Origin: Oscillospiraceae bacterium
GTDB lineage: Bacteria > Bacillota > Clostridia > Oscillospirales > WRJC01
Length of the DNA: 54,492 bases
Assembly (NCBI GenBank): GCA_009777355.1
Contig: WRMA01000003.1
Coordinates: forward strand, 1-54,492
Direction: 5' to 3'
Under the pieces are notes generated by a model that was not told where the DNA came from, ran no database searches, and worked only from the letters and a program-made list of their open reading frames with translations. A program made the position numbers and the translations under genes. The first letter of the stretch is position 1; the number at the start of each line of letters is the position of its first letter. Positions 40,163 to 49,182 of the stretch are shown in pieces.

Positions 40163-40819
40163 TTATACCTTTCCCGTTGATTTTTCAATCGTTTCCTGAT
40201 TTTTTACGCTGTCTTTTTTTATGATTTGACCGAGACTTTTCGCTGTTTTTTTATGATTTTTATAATATTTCTTATATATTTTCTTGTCGGTTTTATATAA
40301 ATTGAACCCTCTCGACGCATCCAGCGTCAGTTTTCTCTTTTCTTTGATATAATTTATATCGGATTTTAATATTTTTAAAACTCCCAAAATAAAATACAAT
40401 AATTTCCTAATGTTTCTTAATATAAACAAAACCGAGTATTTTACCGGTATTACCGTTATTTTATACAAAAATCCCAAAGCCTTTTTTATAGAATCTATGA
40501 TTTTCTTCGACAGGAACATAATTATTCTGCCGATTGTTACGTGATATAAAACGAAACACATAAAACAGCCGAGCATAGAAAACCATCTGACAGTTCCCGA
40601 ATTTGTGTAGAAAACCAGTAAAATAACAGAAAACGCGGATAAAACGCAGAATATTATATCCTGAAAAAAAACTGAAAGCCATCCCGAATTGAACGCGATT
40701 CTGATTATCCTGAAAACGTCGTAGAACACCCCCAGGAATCCCCCGACGGCGCACGAAAACAAAAATATAATCCCCTGTTCCGTAACGGACAAAGACGCCG
40801 CAAACATCGACTCCCGCAA
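40163..40819 (-). CDS. yabQ: Spore cortex biosynthesis protein YabQ
   Basis: GGFLGVFYDVFRIIR, QDIIF, NSGTVRW; synteny yabO-yabP-yabQ-divIC. Confidence 0.85.
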   Translation of the reverse strand: MRESMFAASLSVTEQGIIFLFSCAVGGFLGVFYDVFRIIRIAFNSGWLSVFFQDIIFCVLSAFSVILLVFYTNSGTVRWFSMLGCFMCFVLYHVTIGRIIMFLSKKIIDSIKKALGFLYKITVIPVKYSVLFILRNIRKLLYFILGVLKILKSDINYIKEKRKLTLDASRGFNLYKTDKKIYKKYYKNHKKTAKSLGQIIKKDSVKNQETIEKSTGKV

Positions 40820-40840
40820 CCCCCTCTCGATAATTAATAA

Positions 40841-41158
40841 TTATTTAAATAATTTTGAGAAAAATTTTGAGGGTTTGCCGTCCGGATTTAAATTTTCGCC
40901 GCCCGAATAATACAGTCCGGTTATGTCTCCGTCGATATTCATGTCGCCGGTCTCCAGAGACAGCCTGCTTATGTGGAGATTAAATCCCTCGACCGTCATC
41001 TGTCCGGGTTCGGTAACCAGAACTATTATATTCTCGTTGAAATTATCCACCCTGACAACTCCCGAGATACTCATCTGTTTCCGGTTATACAAAACGACGT
41101 TGTGGATTTTGCCGCGTTTTTTTTCTTCTGGAATATTATTATTATTTATATTGTTCAT
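40841..41158 (-). CDS. yabP: Sporulation protein YabP
   Basis: HNVVLYNRKQMSISGVVRVDNFNE, GFNLHISRLSLETG, FFSKLFK; start moved to ATG 41158. Confidence 0.9.
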   Translation of the reverse strand: MNNINNNNIPEEKKRGKIHNVVLYNRKQMSISGVVRVDNFNENIIVLVTEPGQMTVEGFNLHISRLSLETGDMNIDGDITGLYYSGGENLNPDGKPSKFFSKLFK

Positions 41159-41264
41159 GACCCGCAAAACTCCTTCGAAATATATATTAAAAACCTTAAA
41201 ATATTTAAAAAAATAAAATATAGTTAATATATATGTCAGAAGAAAATTTTTCATGCGCGGGTCT

Positions 41265-41507
41265 CTAACTCAGCGCCTCGTACATATCCGGCGCGGCGGC
41301 TTTCGAGACGTGTTCTTTGATTTCGGTAACTCTGACCCTGACTTTTTTTTCGCCGAAAGAAATCTCTATTATATCGTTCTGTTTGATTTCATGCGAAGGC
41401 TTCGCGGGTTTATTATTGACCGAAACCCTGCCCCCGTCGCACGCTTCGGCGGCGACCGTACGTCTTTTGATTAAGCGCGAAACTTTTAAATATTTATCAA
41501 GCCTCAT
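41265..41507 (-). CDS. yabO: S4-domain RNA-binding protein YabO/RqcP
   Basis: MRLDKYLKVSRLIKRRTVAAEACDGGRV; start moved to ATG 41507. Confidence 0.92.
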   Translation of the reverse strand: MRLDKYLKVSRLIKRRTVAAEACDGGRVSVNNKPAKPSHEIKQNDIIEISFGEKKVRVRVTEIKEHVSKAAAPDMYEALS

Positions 41508-41559
41508 AATTTTTTTTATTAAAACCTCAATTCCGACATTTTTCGGCATTATATTTAAT

Positions 41560-41588
41560 ATGATAACATTTATTTTTAATATTGTCAA
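41560..41588 (-). promoter_or_regulatory. sigmaA promoter of yabO
   Basis: TTGACA-17-TATCAT with extended TG. Confidence 0.55.
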
Positions 41589-41614
41589 CGGTTAGGTTAA
41601 TAAAATTTTATTAA

Positions 41615-41845
41615 GGTTTTTGAACGAGTAAACAAATTATGAACAAATGTGAAAATTATCGCAGAAAGCCCTCTTTTTTAAAGAGGGTGGCAGTCGCGTA
41701 AGCGGCTGACGGGTGTTTTTTAAAATTTGATTTTGCGTACGGGGAGACGAAAACACCCGCCGTCTGCGGACGGCACCCTCTTTAAAAAAGAGGGCAAAGA
41801 ATAAATCCATTATTTGTTCACAAAAATTTAACTCATTCAAAAACC
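41615..41845. mobile_element. ~230-bp MITE (GGTTTTTGAA-type TIRs) containing a family-B REP doublet
   Basis: ~34-bp imperfect TIRs GGTTTTTGAACGAGTAAAC... / ...ACTCATTCAAAAACC; near-identical inverted copy at 44051-44280. Confidence 0.85.
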
Positions 41846-41866
41846 GTGAAATTTTATTTAAAACAG

Positions 41867-41970
41867 TTGACAAAACCGCGTCGGAGTGTTATAATAACAG
41901 ATGACATGTTATTCGTTTAGTATAAGTTAGCTATCCGTTGCGGGGATGGCTAACATACGTCGATGCAAAA
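41867..41970 (+). ncRNA. Putative short non-coding transcript convergent on tsf
   Basis: TTGACA-17-TATAAT with TG extension (41867-41895), hairpin GTTAGCTATCC-N7-GGATGGCTAAC (41926-41954), ends at the tsf terminator; no ORF. Confidence 0.4.
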
Positions 41971-41971
41971 T

Positions 41972-42006
41972 AAAAAAATATCGGGGTTACTCCCGATATT
42001 TTTTTT
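41972..42006. terminator. Bidirectional terminator after tsf
   Basis: A run-TATCGGG-gttact-CCCGATA-T run. Confidence 0.8.
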
Positions 42007-42030
42007 ATTTATTTATATATTTTTCTATCT

Positions 42031-42990
42031 CTATTTATTCCCTGTGAGCTGCGCGATTTCTTCGGCGAAATTGTCCTCGCGTTTCTGGATTCCCTCGCCT
42101 TTTTCGAATCTGTAGAACGCCGATACTTTAACTTCGCTTCCGTTCTCTTTATTATAATTATCTATATATTCTCCGACGGTTATCTTTTCTTCTTTTACAT
42201 ATCCCTGCTCTAACAGACAATTATTCTCGTAATATTTATCGACTTTGCCTTCGACCATTTTTGCAAGAATCGCGCCGCGTTTGTCTTCCGGGATTTTCTC
42301 GAGTTTTTTAACGCTGTCTTCGTCGCCGTTGATTTGCGCCGTTATTATTTCGCGCTCTTCGTCGATTACGGACTGCGGAACGTCCGATTTGTTTACATAA
42401 ACCGGGTTCATCGACGCGATTTGCAGAGTCAGGTTTTTAATCAGTTCCGAAAGCTTTGCGTCGCCGTCGGCGATATCGCCCGCGTCGACTTTTACTATAA
42501 CGCCGATTGAGCCCTTGTTGTGGATATATATTCCCAGAGTTCCCTCGACTGCGACGAAACGTCTTATCGATATATTTTCTTTTATCTGCAGAACCTGGTC
42601 TTTTAACGCTTCGTCCACGGTCACAGCGTTATCGTCTCCGAACGGTTTTGCAAGAAGTTCCGCGACGTCCGCGGGTTTGTCTTTTAATATAACTTTCAGG
42701 CAGCCCTTGACGAACTCCTGAAACTTCTCGTTTTTCGCGACGAAATCAGTCTCCGAATTTACCTCCGCCATGACTGCGACTTTAAGATTTTCGTCGTATA
42801 ATATATCGACTATTCCGTCGGCCGCTATCCTGTCCGCTTTTTTAGCCGCTACCGCGAGACCTTTTTCCCTTAATAATTTTATAGCTTCGTCGAAATTGCC
42901 GTTCGTTTCCTCGAGCGCTTTTTTACAGTCCATCATTCCCACGCCCGTTTTCTCTCTGAGAGACTTGACGTCTTTTGCGTTTACTGCCAT
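42031..42990 (-). CDS. tsf: Elongation factor Ts
   Basis: LREKTGVGMMDCKKAL, EVNSETDFVAKN, ENISIRRF, RFEKGEG. Confidence 0.98.
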   Translation of the reverse strand: MAVNAKDVKSLREKTGVGMMDCKKALEETNGNFDEAIKLLREKGLAVAAKKADRIAADGIVDILYDENLKVAVMAEVNSETDFVAKNEKFQEFVKGCLKVILKDKPADVAELLAKPFGDDNAVTVDEALKDQVLQIKENISIRRFVAVEGTLGIYIHNKGSIGVIVKVDAGDIADGDAKLSELIKNLTLQIASMNPVYVNKSDVPQSVIDEEREIITAQINGDEDSVKKLEKIPEDKRGAILAKMVEGKVDKYYENNCLLEQGYVKEEKITVGEYIDNYNKENGSEVKVSAFYRFEKGEGIQKREDNFAEEIAQLTGNK

Positions 42991-43022
42991 TTATTATAAC
43001 CTCCGGTAATTTTAAATTTTAT

Positions 43023-43808
43023 TTATATTAATTCGGCGGATTCCTCTTCGCCGTATTTTTCTCCGGGTTCGCCGCCCGTTTCAGTTTCCGAATCTTCGGC
43101 CGTTTCGCCGCCGCCGTCCATAGACTCGCCTTCCCTGCCTTCTATCAAAGCGTCGGAAACCATTGTCGCTATTAATTTTATCGCCCTGATTGCGTCGTCG
43201 TTGCCGGGTATGGGATAATCTATTTCGTCGGGGTCGCAGTTCGTGTCAACTATCGCGATTATGGGAATACCCAGTTTTTTGCCTTCCATGACGGCGTTTC
43301 TTTCTTTTCTGGGGTCGACTATAAACAAAGCTCCGGGCAGCGACGTCATGTCTTTTATGCCGCCGTAGTTGCGTTCCAAATAGCTTATTTCTTTTTCGAG
43401 AGCTATGACTTCTTTTTTGGGCAGCATATCGAAAGTGCCGTCCTCCTGCATTTTATAGAGGCTGTGCAGTCTGTTTATGCTTTTTTTAATAGTCTTGAAA
43501 TTGGTCAGCATACCTCCTGGCCATCTTTGATTGACATAGAACATGCCGCTCCTTCCGGCTTCTTCTTTTATAGACTCCTGAGCTTGTTTCTTCGTGCCGA
43601 TAAACAGCACCGCGCCGCCTTCTTCCGAGAGTTCCCGGATATATGCGTACGCCTCTTCGATTTTCCGGACGGTTTTCTGAAGGTCTATAACGTGTATACC
43701 GTTTCTTTCGGTAAAGATATACTCCTTCATTTTGGGGTTGCGTTTTCTTGTGTGGTGACCGAAATGGACTCCCGCTTCAAGAAGCTGTTTCATTGAGATT
43801 ACAGACAT
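43023..43808 (-). CDS. rpsB: 30S ribosomal protein S2
   Basis: [41 protein letters not shown]. Confidence 0.98.
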   Translation of the reverse strand: MSVISMKQLLEAGVHFGHHTRKRNPKMKEYIFTERNGIHVIDLQKTVRKIEEAYAYIRELSEEGGAVLFIGTKKQAQESIKEEAGRSGMFYVNQRWPGGMLTNFKTIKKSINRLHSLYKMQEDGTFDMLPKKEVIALEKEISYLERNYGGIKDMTSLPGALFIVDPRKERNAVMEGKKLGIPIIAIVDTNCDPDEIDYPIPGNDDAIRAIKLIATMVSDALIEGREGESMDGGGETAEDSETETGGEPGEKYGEEESAELI

Positions 43809-43821
43809 TTTATTTCCTCCT

Positions 43822-44000
43822 TAAGGTTATCTGCCGCAGAATCCGGCGAAAGATTTTTTAAAATTTCCGCCCGCCCCGCAAAGAAAAAATCCCACCTTTG
43901 GGGCGTAATTTATATAACTTATATAACAAAAAATCCCGCGTGAAAGTTTATTAAAATTTTTGGGATAAGCCATTATATCACAATCAAACGGCAATTTCAA
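43822..44000 (-). promoter_or_regulatory. rpsB promoter and long 5' leader (probable S2 autoregulatory RNA)
   Basis: TTGAAA(44000-43995)-17-TATAAT(43977-43972); leader CACGCGGGATT...GATTCTGCGG pairing then AACC and RBS AAGGAGG. Confidence 0.55.
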
Positions 44001-44050
44001 GTATATTTGGTTTATTTTTAAAAAAATTTTTATAAAAATAACAAAATTAG

Positions 44051-44280
44051 GGTTTTTGAACGAGTTAAATTTTTGTGAACAAATAATGGATTTATTCTTT
44101 GCCCTCTTTCGTAAAGAGGGTGCCGTCCGCAGACGGCGGGTGTTTTCGTCTCCCCGTACGCAACATCAAATTTCAAAAACACCCGTCAGCCGCTTACGCG
44201 ACTGCCACCCTCTTTAAAAAAGAGGGCTTTCCGCGATGATTTTCACATTTGTTCATAATTTGTTTACTCGTTCAAAAACC
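44051..44280. mobile_element. ~230-bp MITE, inverted copy of 41615-41845
   Basis: GGTTTTTGAACGAGT...ACTCGTTCAAAAACC; TTA on both flanks one base outside (44047-44049, 44282-44284). Confidence 0.85.
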
Positions 44281-44302
44281 GTTACGGCAAAATAATATTA
44301 TC

Positions 44303-44527
44303 TTGACATAGAGTATAATCTGTGATATTATATATTTATGTACACGGGGTAAAGTTAAAAGACAGAAAAAAATAGACCCGCCCGCACAAGGTAGTGGTCT
44401 ATTTTTCGCATTGACTCTTTGAGTTAATCGAGTTTAGCCGTACTGTTCTGTGTACGGAGAGGGGAGTTGTGAACCCCTCTCTAAATTAGTGTATCTTCAT
44501 TATATCACATCTATTCGCGTCTGTCAA
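44303..44527. ncRNA. Convergent-promoter sRNA cassette (type I TA-like; minus-strand RNA ~44490-44365)
   Basis: Plus promoter TTGACA-17-TATTAT (44303-44331); minus promoter TTGACA-17-TATAAT (44527-44499); hairpin AGAGGGGAGTTGTGAACCCCTCT; bidirectional terminator AAAAATAGACC...GGTCTATTTTT (~44366-44406). Confidence 0.55.
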
Positions 44528-44545
44528 GAGAAATTAAAAAATATT

Positions 44546-45427
44546 ATGTTCATAGAAAAAAAAGCGTACGCTAAAATAAATCTCTATTTAAAAATATTGG
44601 ATAAACTGGAAAACGGGTATCATAATATTTATACTGTCATGCAGAAAATTTCGCTGCGCGATAATATTAGAATTAATATAAATCAGGGATATAGAAATAA
44701 TATAAAAATAATCTGCGGGAATGAAAATATACCGGTCGGCGAAACAAATACGGCGTATAAAGCCGCGGATTTGTTTTTGAACTATACTAATATAAATAAT
44801 TTTGATATAGAAATAGAAATAGAAAAAAATATCCCGAGTATGGCGGGTCTGGGAGGCGGAAGTTCAGATTCCGCCTGCGTTCTTCTGGGATTGAACGAAT
44901 ATTTTGATTATGTTTTACCTGAGGATATTTTAATGGGAATCGCGTCAAAAATTGGCGCGGACGTTCCCTTTTTCGTTCATAGCAACGGGGAAACAAACTG
45001 CGCGGTATGCGAGGGAATCGGCGAAATTGTTACGCCGTATTATATAGATTTGTCAGAATTTTATTGTTTCGTCGTTAAGCCGGTTTATAATATTTCGACG
45101 AAACGAGCGTTTGAGGACTGGGACAGCTCTAATAAGCGGGCAAAGAATCAACAAAAGCCCCCTTCCCAGAAGGGGGTGTCGCGAAGCGGCGGGGGTTGGC
45201 TTCACAACGATTTCTCCGGTTTAATATTCTCACAGAACAAAAACATAAAAGAAATAAAAGATTCGTTAATAAAATCAGGAGCGGCGGCGGCTGAAATGAC
45301 CGGGAGCGGCTCGGCGCTGTTCTGCATATTTGAAGATTTAACAGACGCTGAAAAATGCCGCGCCCAAATAAATTTAAGAGACGATACGGAATTTTGCGGC
45401 ATATTTAATTTTTTGGGTAAAAAATAA
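44546..45427 (+). CDS. ispE: 4-diphosphocytidyl-2-C-methyl-D-erythritol kinase
   Basis: AYAKINLYL, GYHNI, KNIPSMAGLGGGSSD, IGADVPFF, MTGSGS; start moved to ATG 44546. Confidence 0.95.
   Translation: MFIEKKAYAKINLYLKILDKLENGYHNIYTVMQKISLRDNIRININQGYRNNIKIICGNENIPVGETNTAYKAADLFLNYTNINNFDIEIEIEKNIPSMAGLGGGSSDSACVLLGLNEYFDYVLPEDILMGIASKIGADVPFFVHSNGETNCAVCEGIGEIVTPYYIDLSEFYCFVVKPVYNISTKRAFEDWDSSNKRAKNQQKPPSQKGVSRSGGGWLHNDFSGLIFSQNKNIKEIKDSLIKSGAAAAEMTGSGSALFCIFEDLTDAEKCRAQINLRDDTEFCGIFNFLGKK
45157..45200. repeat. Family-B REP-like unit inside the ispE coding sequence
   Basis: GCCCCCTTC-cca-GAAGGGGG-TGTCGC-gaa-GCGGCG-GGGGTT; same two-hairpin architecture as the intergenic family-B units. Confidence 0.6.
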
Positions 45428-45446
45428 ATAATTTAAAAAATTTTTC

Positions 45447-45475
45447 TTGATTTGTATTAAATTATATGATATAAT
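45447..45475 (+). promoter_or_regulatory. sigmaA promoter of the ferredoxin gene
   Basis: TTGATT-17-TATAAT with extended TG. Confidence 0.55.
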
Positions 45476-45529
45476 CAAAACAATAAAGATATTTTAAATA
45501 TTAAAATTATAATTTGGAGGTAAAAGAAT

Positions 45530-45700
45530 ATGGCGCATGTTATAACCGAAGACTGCATTTCCTGCGGAGCGTGCGAGAGCGAATGTCCCGTCGAATGTAT
45601 AAAAGAAGCGGACGGCAAATATGTAATAGACAAAGAAGTATGCACCGACTGCGAAGCGTGCGCGGGAGTATGCCCCGTCGACGCCTGCAAACCCGAATAG
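45530..45700 (+). CDS. Clostridial-type 2[4Fe-4S] ferredoxin (56 aa; missed by ORF track)
   Basis: MAHVITEDCISCGACESECPVECIKEADGKYVIDKEVCTDCEACAGVCPVDACKPE; RBS GGAGG. Confidence 0.95.
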   Translation: MAHVITEDCISCGACESECPVECIKEADGKYVIDKEVCTDCEACAGVCPVDACKPE

Positions 45701-45710
45701 AAATTGAAGC

Positions 45711-45740
45711 AGGGGGGCGGATAGTAAAATCCGCCCTTGA
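45711..45740 (+). terminator. Hairpin after the ferredoxin gene (terminator or mRNA stabiliser)
   Basis: GGGCGGAT-agtaaa-ATCCGCCC stem with weak U tract. Confidence 0.5.
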
Positions 45741-45760
45741 TTTATAAAAGAGTATCGATA

Positions 45761-46498
45761 ATGCTTAAACTTGAAGGTATTGACGAAAATAGTCTTCGCC
45801 GGGATAAAATCAACGACGATTTGGTTATATATCAGATTAAAGACGGGCTGCTTTTCAGCTCGGACGCTTTAATTCTGGCGGATTTTATCTGCGGCGGACG
45901 CAGATTCGGCGCATATAAAAACGCCGTCGAGCTGGGAACGGGTTCGGGAGTGATTTCGCTTTTACTCGCGAAGAGAGAAAAAATAAAAAATATTTACGCG
46001 GTTGAAATCCAGGATATTTATGTAAAACTTGCGGAATATAATACGGAAATCAATAATCTTGCAGATAAAATAAAGATAATAAAAGGCGATTTAAGAGACT
46101 GCGATAATTTATATTATAACGGGGAAAAAATAACGCCGCATACGTTCGATATGGTTTTCACGAATCCGCCGTATATAAAATACGACGGAGAAACTCCGGG
46201 AGAAGCGGGTATGCTCAGCAGTCTGGAGTATAAAAATATAGCGAGACGCGAGATAAGCTGTACTGTTTGCGGCGTGATGAAAGCCGCGGCGAGACTGCTT
46301 AAAAACGGCGGGGATTTTTATATAGTTTACAGACCCGAAAGATTAGTGGGTTTATTTTCGGCGATGCTCGATAATAATATAACGCCGAAGAAAATCGCGT
46401 TCGTATACGCGGGAAAGAGTAACGAAGCCAGTCTTGTGTTAATCAAGGGCAAACAGGGAGCGGGAGAGGGATTGGCAGTTGAAAATATATTTATATGA
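45761..46498 (+). CDS. tRNA1(Val) A37 N6-methyltransferase (TrmN6/YabB-like)
   Basis: FSSDALILA, ELGTGSG SAM motif, NPPY, ARRE, YRPERL; ATG 45761 preferred (ORF track uses TTG 45737). Confidence 0.88.
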   Translation: MLKLEGIDENSLRRDKINDDLVIYQIKDGLLFSSDALILADFICGGRRFGAYKNAVELGTGSGVISLLLAKREKIKNIYAVEIQDIYVKLAEYNTEINNLADKIKIIKGDLRDCDNLYYNGEKITPHTFDMVFTNPPYIKYDGETPGEAGMLSSLEYKNIARREISCTVCGVMKAAARLLKNGGDFYIVYRPERLVGLFSAMLDNNITPKKIAFVYAGKSNEASLVLIKGKQGAGEGLAVENIFI

Positions 46499-46740
46499 GA
46501 AATAAAATTATAGTAATTATATTTATAATATCGGCGGTATTATTCGCAGCGACGGCATACGCCGGATATATTCCGGAAGAAACAGAAATAACAGAAGTTT
46601 CAGAGTCGACAGAGCAGGAAAATTCAGCGGAAGAATCTGACAATTCGCTGGCTTTTTTCGGACTGGCTATGGTTATACTTGGCGTAACCGTTATGGTAAT
46701 GGTCACAAAAATAATGAGACGTCACGTTCAGAAATTATAG
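46495..46740 (+). CDS. Small hypothetical membrane protein
   Basis: Signal peptide (AYA), acidic linker, C-terminal TM helix and basic tail; ATGA overlap with upstream gene. Confidence 0.65.
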   Translation: MRNKIIVIIFIISAVLFAATAYAGYIPEETEITEVSESTEQENSAEESDNSLAFFGLAMVILGVTVMVMVTKIMRRHVQKL

Positions 46741-46756
46741 AAAATATATTTATTTT

Positions 46757-47383
46757 TTGAGAAGGGATATAGAAAAACAGATGGGCGCCGATTCGGGTAA
46801 AAGTTCGGGCATGAGTTCTTTTTTCGCCTTATTGTTCAGGCTGAAATATATAAACAGATGGGGGCTTATGAGAAGTTTCAGGACGGAGAACGTCTCTGAA
46901 CATTCGCTCGAGGTCGCAATGACCGCCCACGCGCTCGCGGAAATCGGCGTAACGTATTTTAACAGGGATTATAATCCGGCGAATATCGCTCTTAAAGCGA
47001 TGTATCACGACGTTTCGGAAATTTTCACGGGGGATTTGCCCACGCCTATAAAATACGGGACGGACGACATGAAAAACTGCTATAAAGCAATCGAGAAAGT
47101 CGCCGAAATAAATCTTCTGGATAAACTGCCGGAAGAATTAAAGCGGTCTTATGAGAAATTAATATTAAAACAGGAAGACTCGCGCGAATGGCGTATAGTA
47201 AAGGCGGCCGATAAATTATGCGCGTATATAAAATGCCTCGAAGAAATAAACTCCGGCAATAAAGAATTTACAAAAGCCGAAGAAGATATATATAAAACCC
47301 TTGACATAACGGGCATTGATGAGTTAAAATATTTTATGGAGAATTTTCTGCCGTATTTCAGCAACACTATAGACGAAATATAA
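46757..47383 (+). CDS. yfbR: 5'-deoxynucleotidase, HD family
   Basis: RLKYINRWGLMR, ENVSEHS, YHDVSEIFTGDLPTPIKY, KAADKLCAYIKCLEE...GNKEF. Confidence 0.9.
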   Translation: MRRDIEKQMGADSGKSSGMSSFFALLFRLKYINRWGLMRSFRTENVSEHSLEVAMTAHALAEIGVTYFNRDYNPANIALKAMYHDVSEIFTGDLPTPIKYGTDDMKNCYKAIEKVAEINLLDKLPEELKRSYEKLILKQEDSREWRIVKAADKLCAYIKCLEEINSGNKEFTKAEEDIYKTLDITGIDELKYFMENFLPYFSNTIDEI

Positions 47384-47413
47384 TATATATTAAAAAAAGG
47401 GGCGTAAATTATT

Positions 47414-48256
47414 ATGAAAATAGGGGTAATGGTTGAATCTTTCAGGAAAAGTTCGGTTGATTCTGTAGTCGGCTCGGGCAATCCCATGCGGGATTTTATT
47501 AACGGTGTGGAAAAAGCGTCTGAACTGGGAGCTTCAGGAATACAGGCGTACGCGACGTTCGGGGCGTTAAAGTTCGACGAAATAAATAAAGCGAAAATAA
47601 GCGAGGTTCTGGACATAGTAAAATCGAACGGGCTGATATTTTCGGCGGTATGCGGAGATTTCGGCGGTCACGGATTTGAGGATAAACTAAATAATATAAA
47701 AAAAGTCGAAGATTCAAAAAGGGTTCTGGATTTGGCGAAAGAGCTCGAATGTGATATCGTCACGACTCATATAGGAACGGTTCCGGACGAAGAATGTGAG
47801 AAACGCGATATTATGCGGACGGCTTGCAGGGAGCTTGCGGTTTACGCGGATTCTATAGGCTCGGCTTTCGCCGTCGAAACTGGACCCGAAACGTGCGCGC
47901 TTCTCGGCGAGTTTCTGGATTCTCTCGGAGCGATGGGAGTCAGGGTGAATTTCGACCCCGCGAATCTTGTTATGTGTGTGGCGGACGACCCCGTAAAAGG
48001 CGTTGAGACCCTGAAAAAATATATTGTTCATACCCACGCGAAAGACGGCGTAATGCTCGGCAACCGGGAGGGGTGGGAAGAGCTGCCTCTCGGACGGGGC
48101 GGAGTCGACTGGGATAATTATTTATCGGCGCTCGATAAAATCGGCTACAAAGGCTTTCTTACGATTGAACGCGAAGTCGGCGACGACCCGGAGGCTGATA
48201 TAAAGCTCGCGAAAGATTTTTTAGTTGGGAAATTAGAGAAGCTGGGCTTAAAATAA
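47414..48256 (+). CDS. Sugar phosphate isomerase/epimerase (TIM barrel)
   Basis: AVETGPE, NFDPANL, HTHAKDG, GGVDW, LTIERE. Confidence 0.88.
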   Translation: MKIGVMVESFRKSSVDSVVGSGNPMRDFINGVEKASELGASGIQAYATFGALKFDEINKAKISEVLDIVKSNGLIFSAVCGDFGGHGFEDKLNNIKKVEDSKRVLDLAKELECDIVTTHIGTVPDEECEKRDIMRTACRELAVYADSIGSAFAVETGPETCALLGEFLDSLGAMGVRVNFDPANLVMCVADDPVKGVETLKKYIVHTHAKDGVMLGNREGWEELPLGRGGVDWDNYLSALDKIGYKGFLTIEREVGDDPEADIKLAKDFLVGKLEKLGLK

Positions 48257-48288
48257 ATTAAATTTAAATAAAAAAAGGGGTAAAAATT

Positions 48289-49140
48289 ATGCTGCCGTTT
48301 AAAATAAATCTTGATAATAAAACAGTCGCAATAACCGGAGGGGGCGGGGTTTTATGCTCTGAATTTGCGTACGCCCTCGCGGAGTGCGGCGCGAATATCG
48401 CAATTCTTGACATAAATCTTGAGAACGCTCAAAAAGTCGCGGGGCAAATAGAGAAAATAAATAGAAACGCAGTCGCGGTTAAATGCGACGTTTTAAGCCG
48501 CGAAAGTCTCGAAGAGGCCAGAGAAATTATTAAGGATAAATTCGGCACATGCGATATTTTAATCAACGGAGCGGGCGGAAATTCGCCGAAATGCACGACG
48601 ACGAGAGAATATTTGTTTGAAGAGGATATAAATAGTTCAGAGGATATTATAACTTTTTTTGATTTTCTTCCGGAGAATTTAAGATTTGTGTTTGATATAA
48701 ATTTCACCGGGATTTTTCTTACGACCCAAGTATTCGCAAAAGATATGGCGGACAAAAAAGACGGGGTTATTATAAATATTTCGAGTATGAACGCATTCAC
48801 GCCGCTGACGAAAATTCCGGCGTATTCGGCGGCGAAGGCGGCCGTGTCGAATTTTACGCAGTGGCTCGCCGTGCATTTTTCAAAGGTCGGGATAAGAGTA
48901 AACGCAATCGCTCCGGGATTTTTCGTGAGCGAGCAGAACAGGGCGCTGTTATTTGACAAAGACGGCAAGCCGACCGCGAGGGCTGATAAAATTTTAGCGG
49001 CGACGCCTATGGGACGTTTCGGTGAAGCGAAAGAACTTCTCGGGACGCTGTTATGGCTGTGCAACAGGGAAGCGTCGGGATTCGTAAACGGCGTTGTCGC
49101 GCCTGTAGACGGAGGGTTCAGCGCTTACAGCGGGGTGTGA
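48289..49140 (+). CDS. SDR oxidoreductase, D-mannonate oxidoreductase-like
   Basis: TGGGGVLC, INGAGGN, SSMNAFTPLTKIPAYSAAK, VDGGFSAYSGV. Confidence 0.88.
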   Translation: MLPFKINLDNKTVAITGGGGVLCSEFAYALAECGANIAILDINLENAQKVAGQIEKINRNAVAVKCDVLSRESLEEAREIIKDKFGTCDILINGAGGNSPKCTTTREYLFEEDINSSEDIITFFDFLPENLRFVFDINFTGIFLTTQVFAKDMADKKDGVIINISSMNAFTPLTKIPAYSAAKAAVSNFTQWLAVHFSKVGIRVNAIAPGFFVSEQNRALLFDKDGKPTARADKILAATPMGRFGEAKELLGTLLWLCNREASGFVNGVVAPVDGGFSAYSGV

Positions 49141-49182
49141 GAAAATTATCCATAAAAATCCAAAAAGGAGAGATTTATTATC

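Noticed and set aside
41170-41250. sigmaE sporulation promoter upstream of yabP
   Set aside because: Expected by analogy, but the region is too AT-rich to assign -35/-10 elements credibly.
41637-41873. 78-aa ORF across the MITE as a transposase remnant
   Set aside because: No DDE/HUH motifs; it is translated palindromic repeat sequence.
44450-44545. N-terminal extensions in the ORF track (ispE; likewise rpsL, rpsG, yabO, yabP, RelE, HEPN)
   Set aside because: Extensions run through promoters or RBS sequences; downstream starts match family N-termini.
45475-45747. ORF-track ORFs 45475-45690 (-) and 45514-45747 (+)
   Set aside because: Alternative frames of the true ferredoxin gene at 45530-45700.
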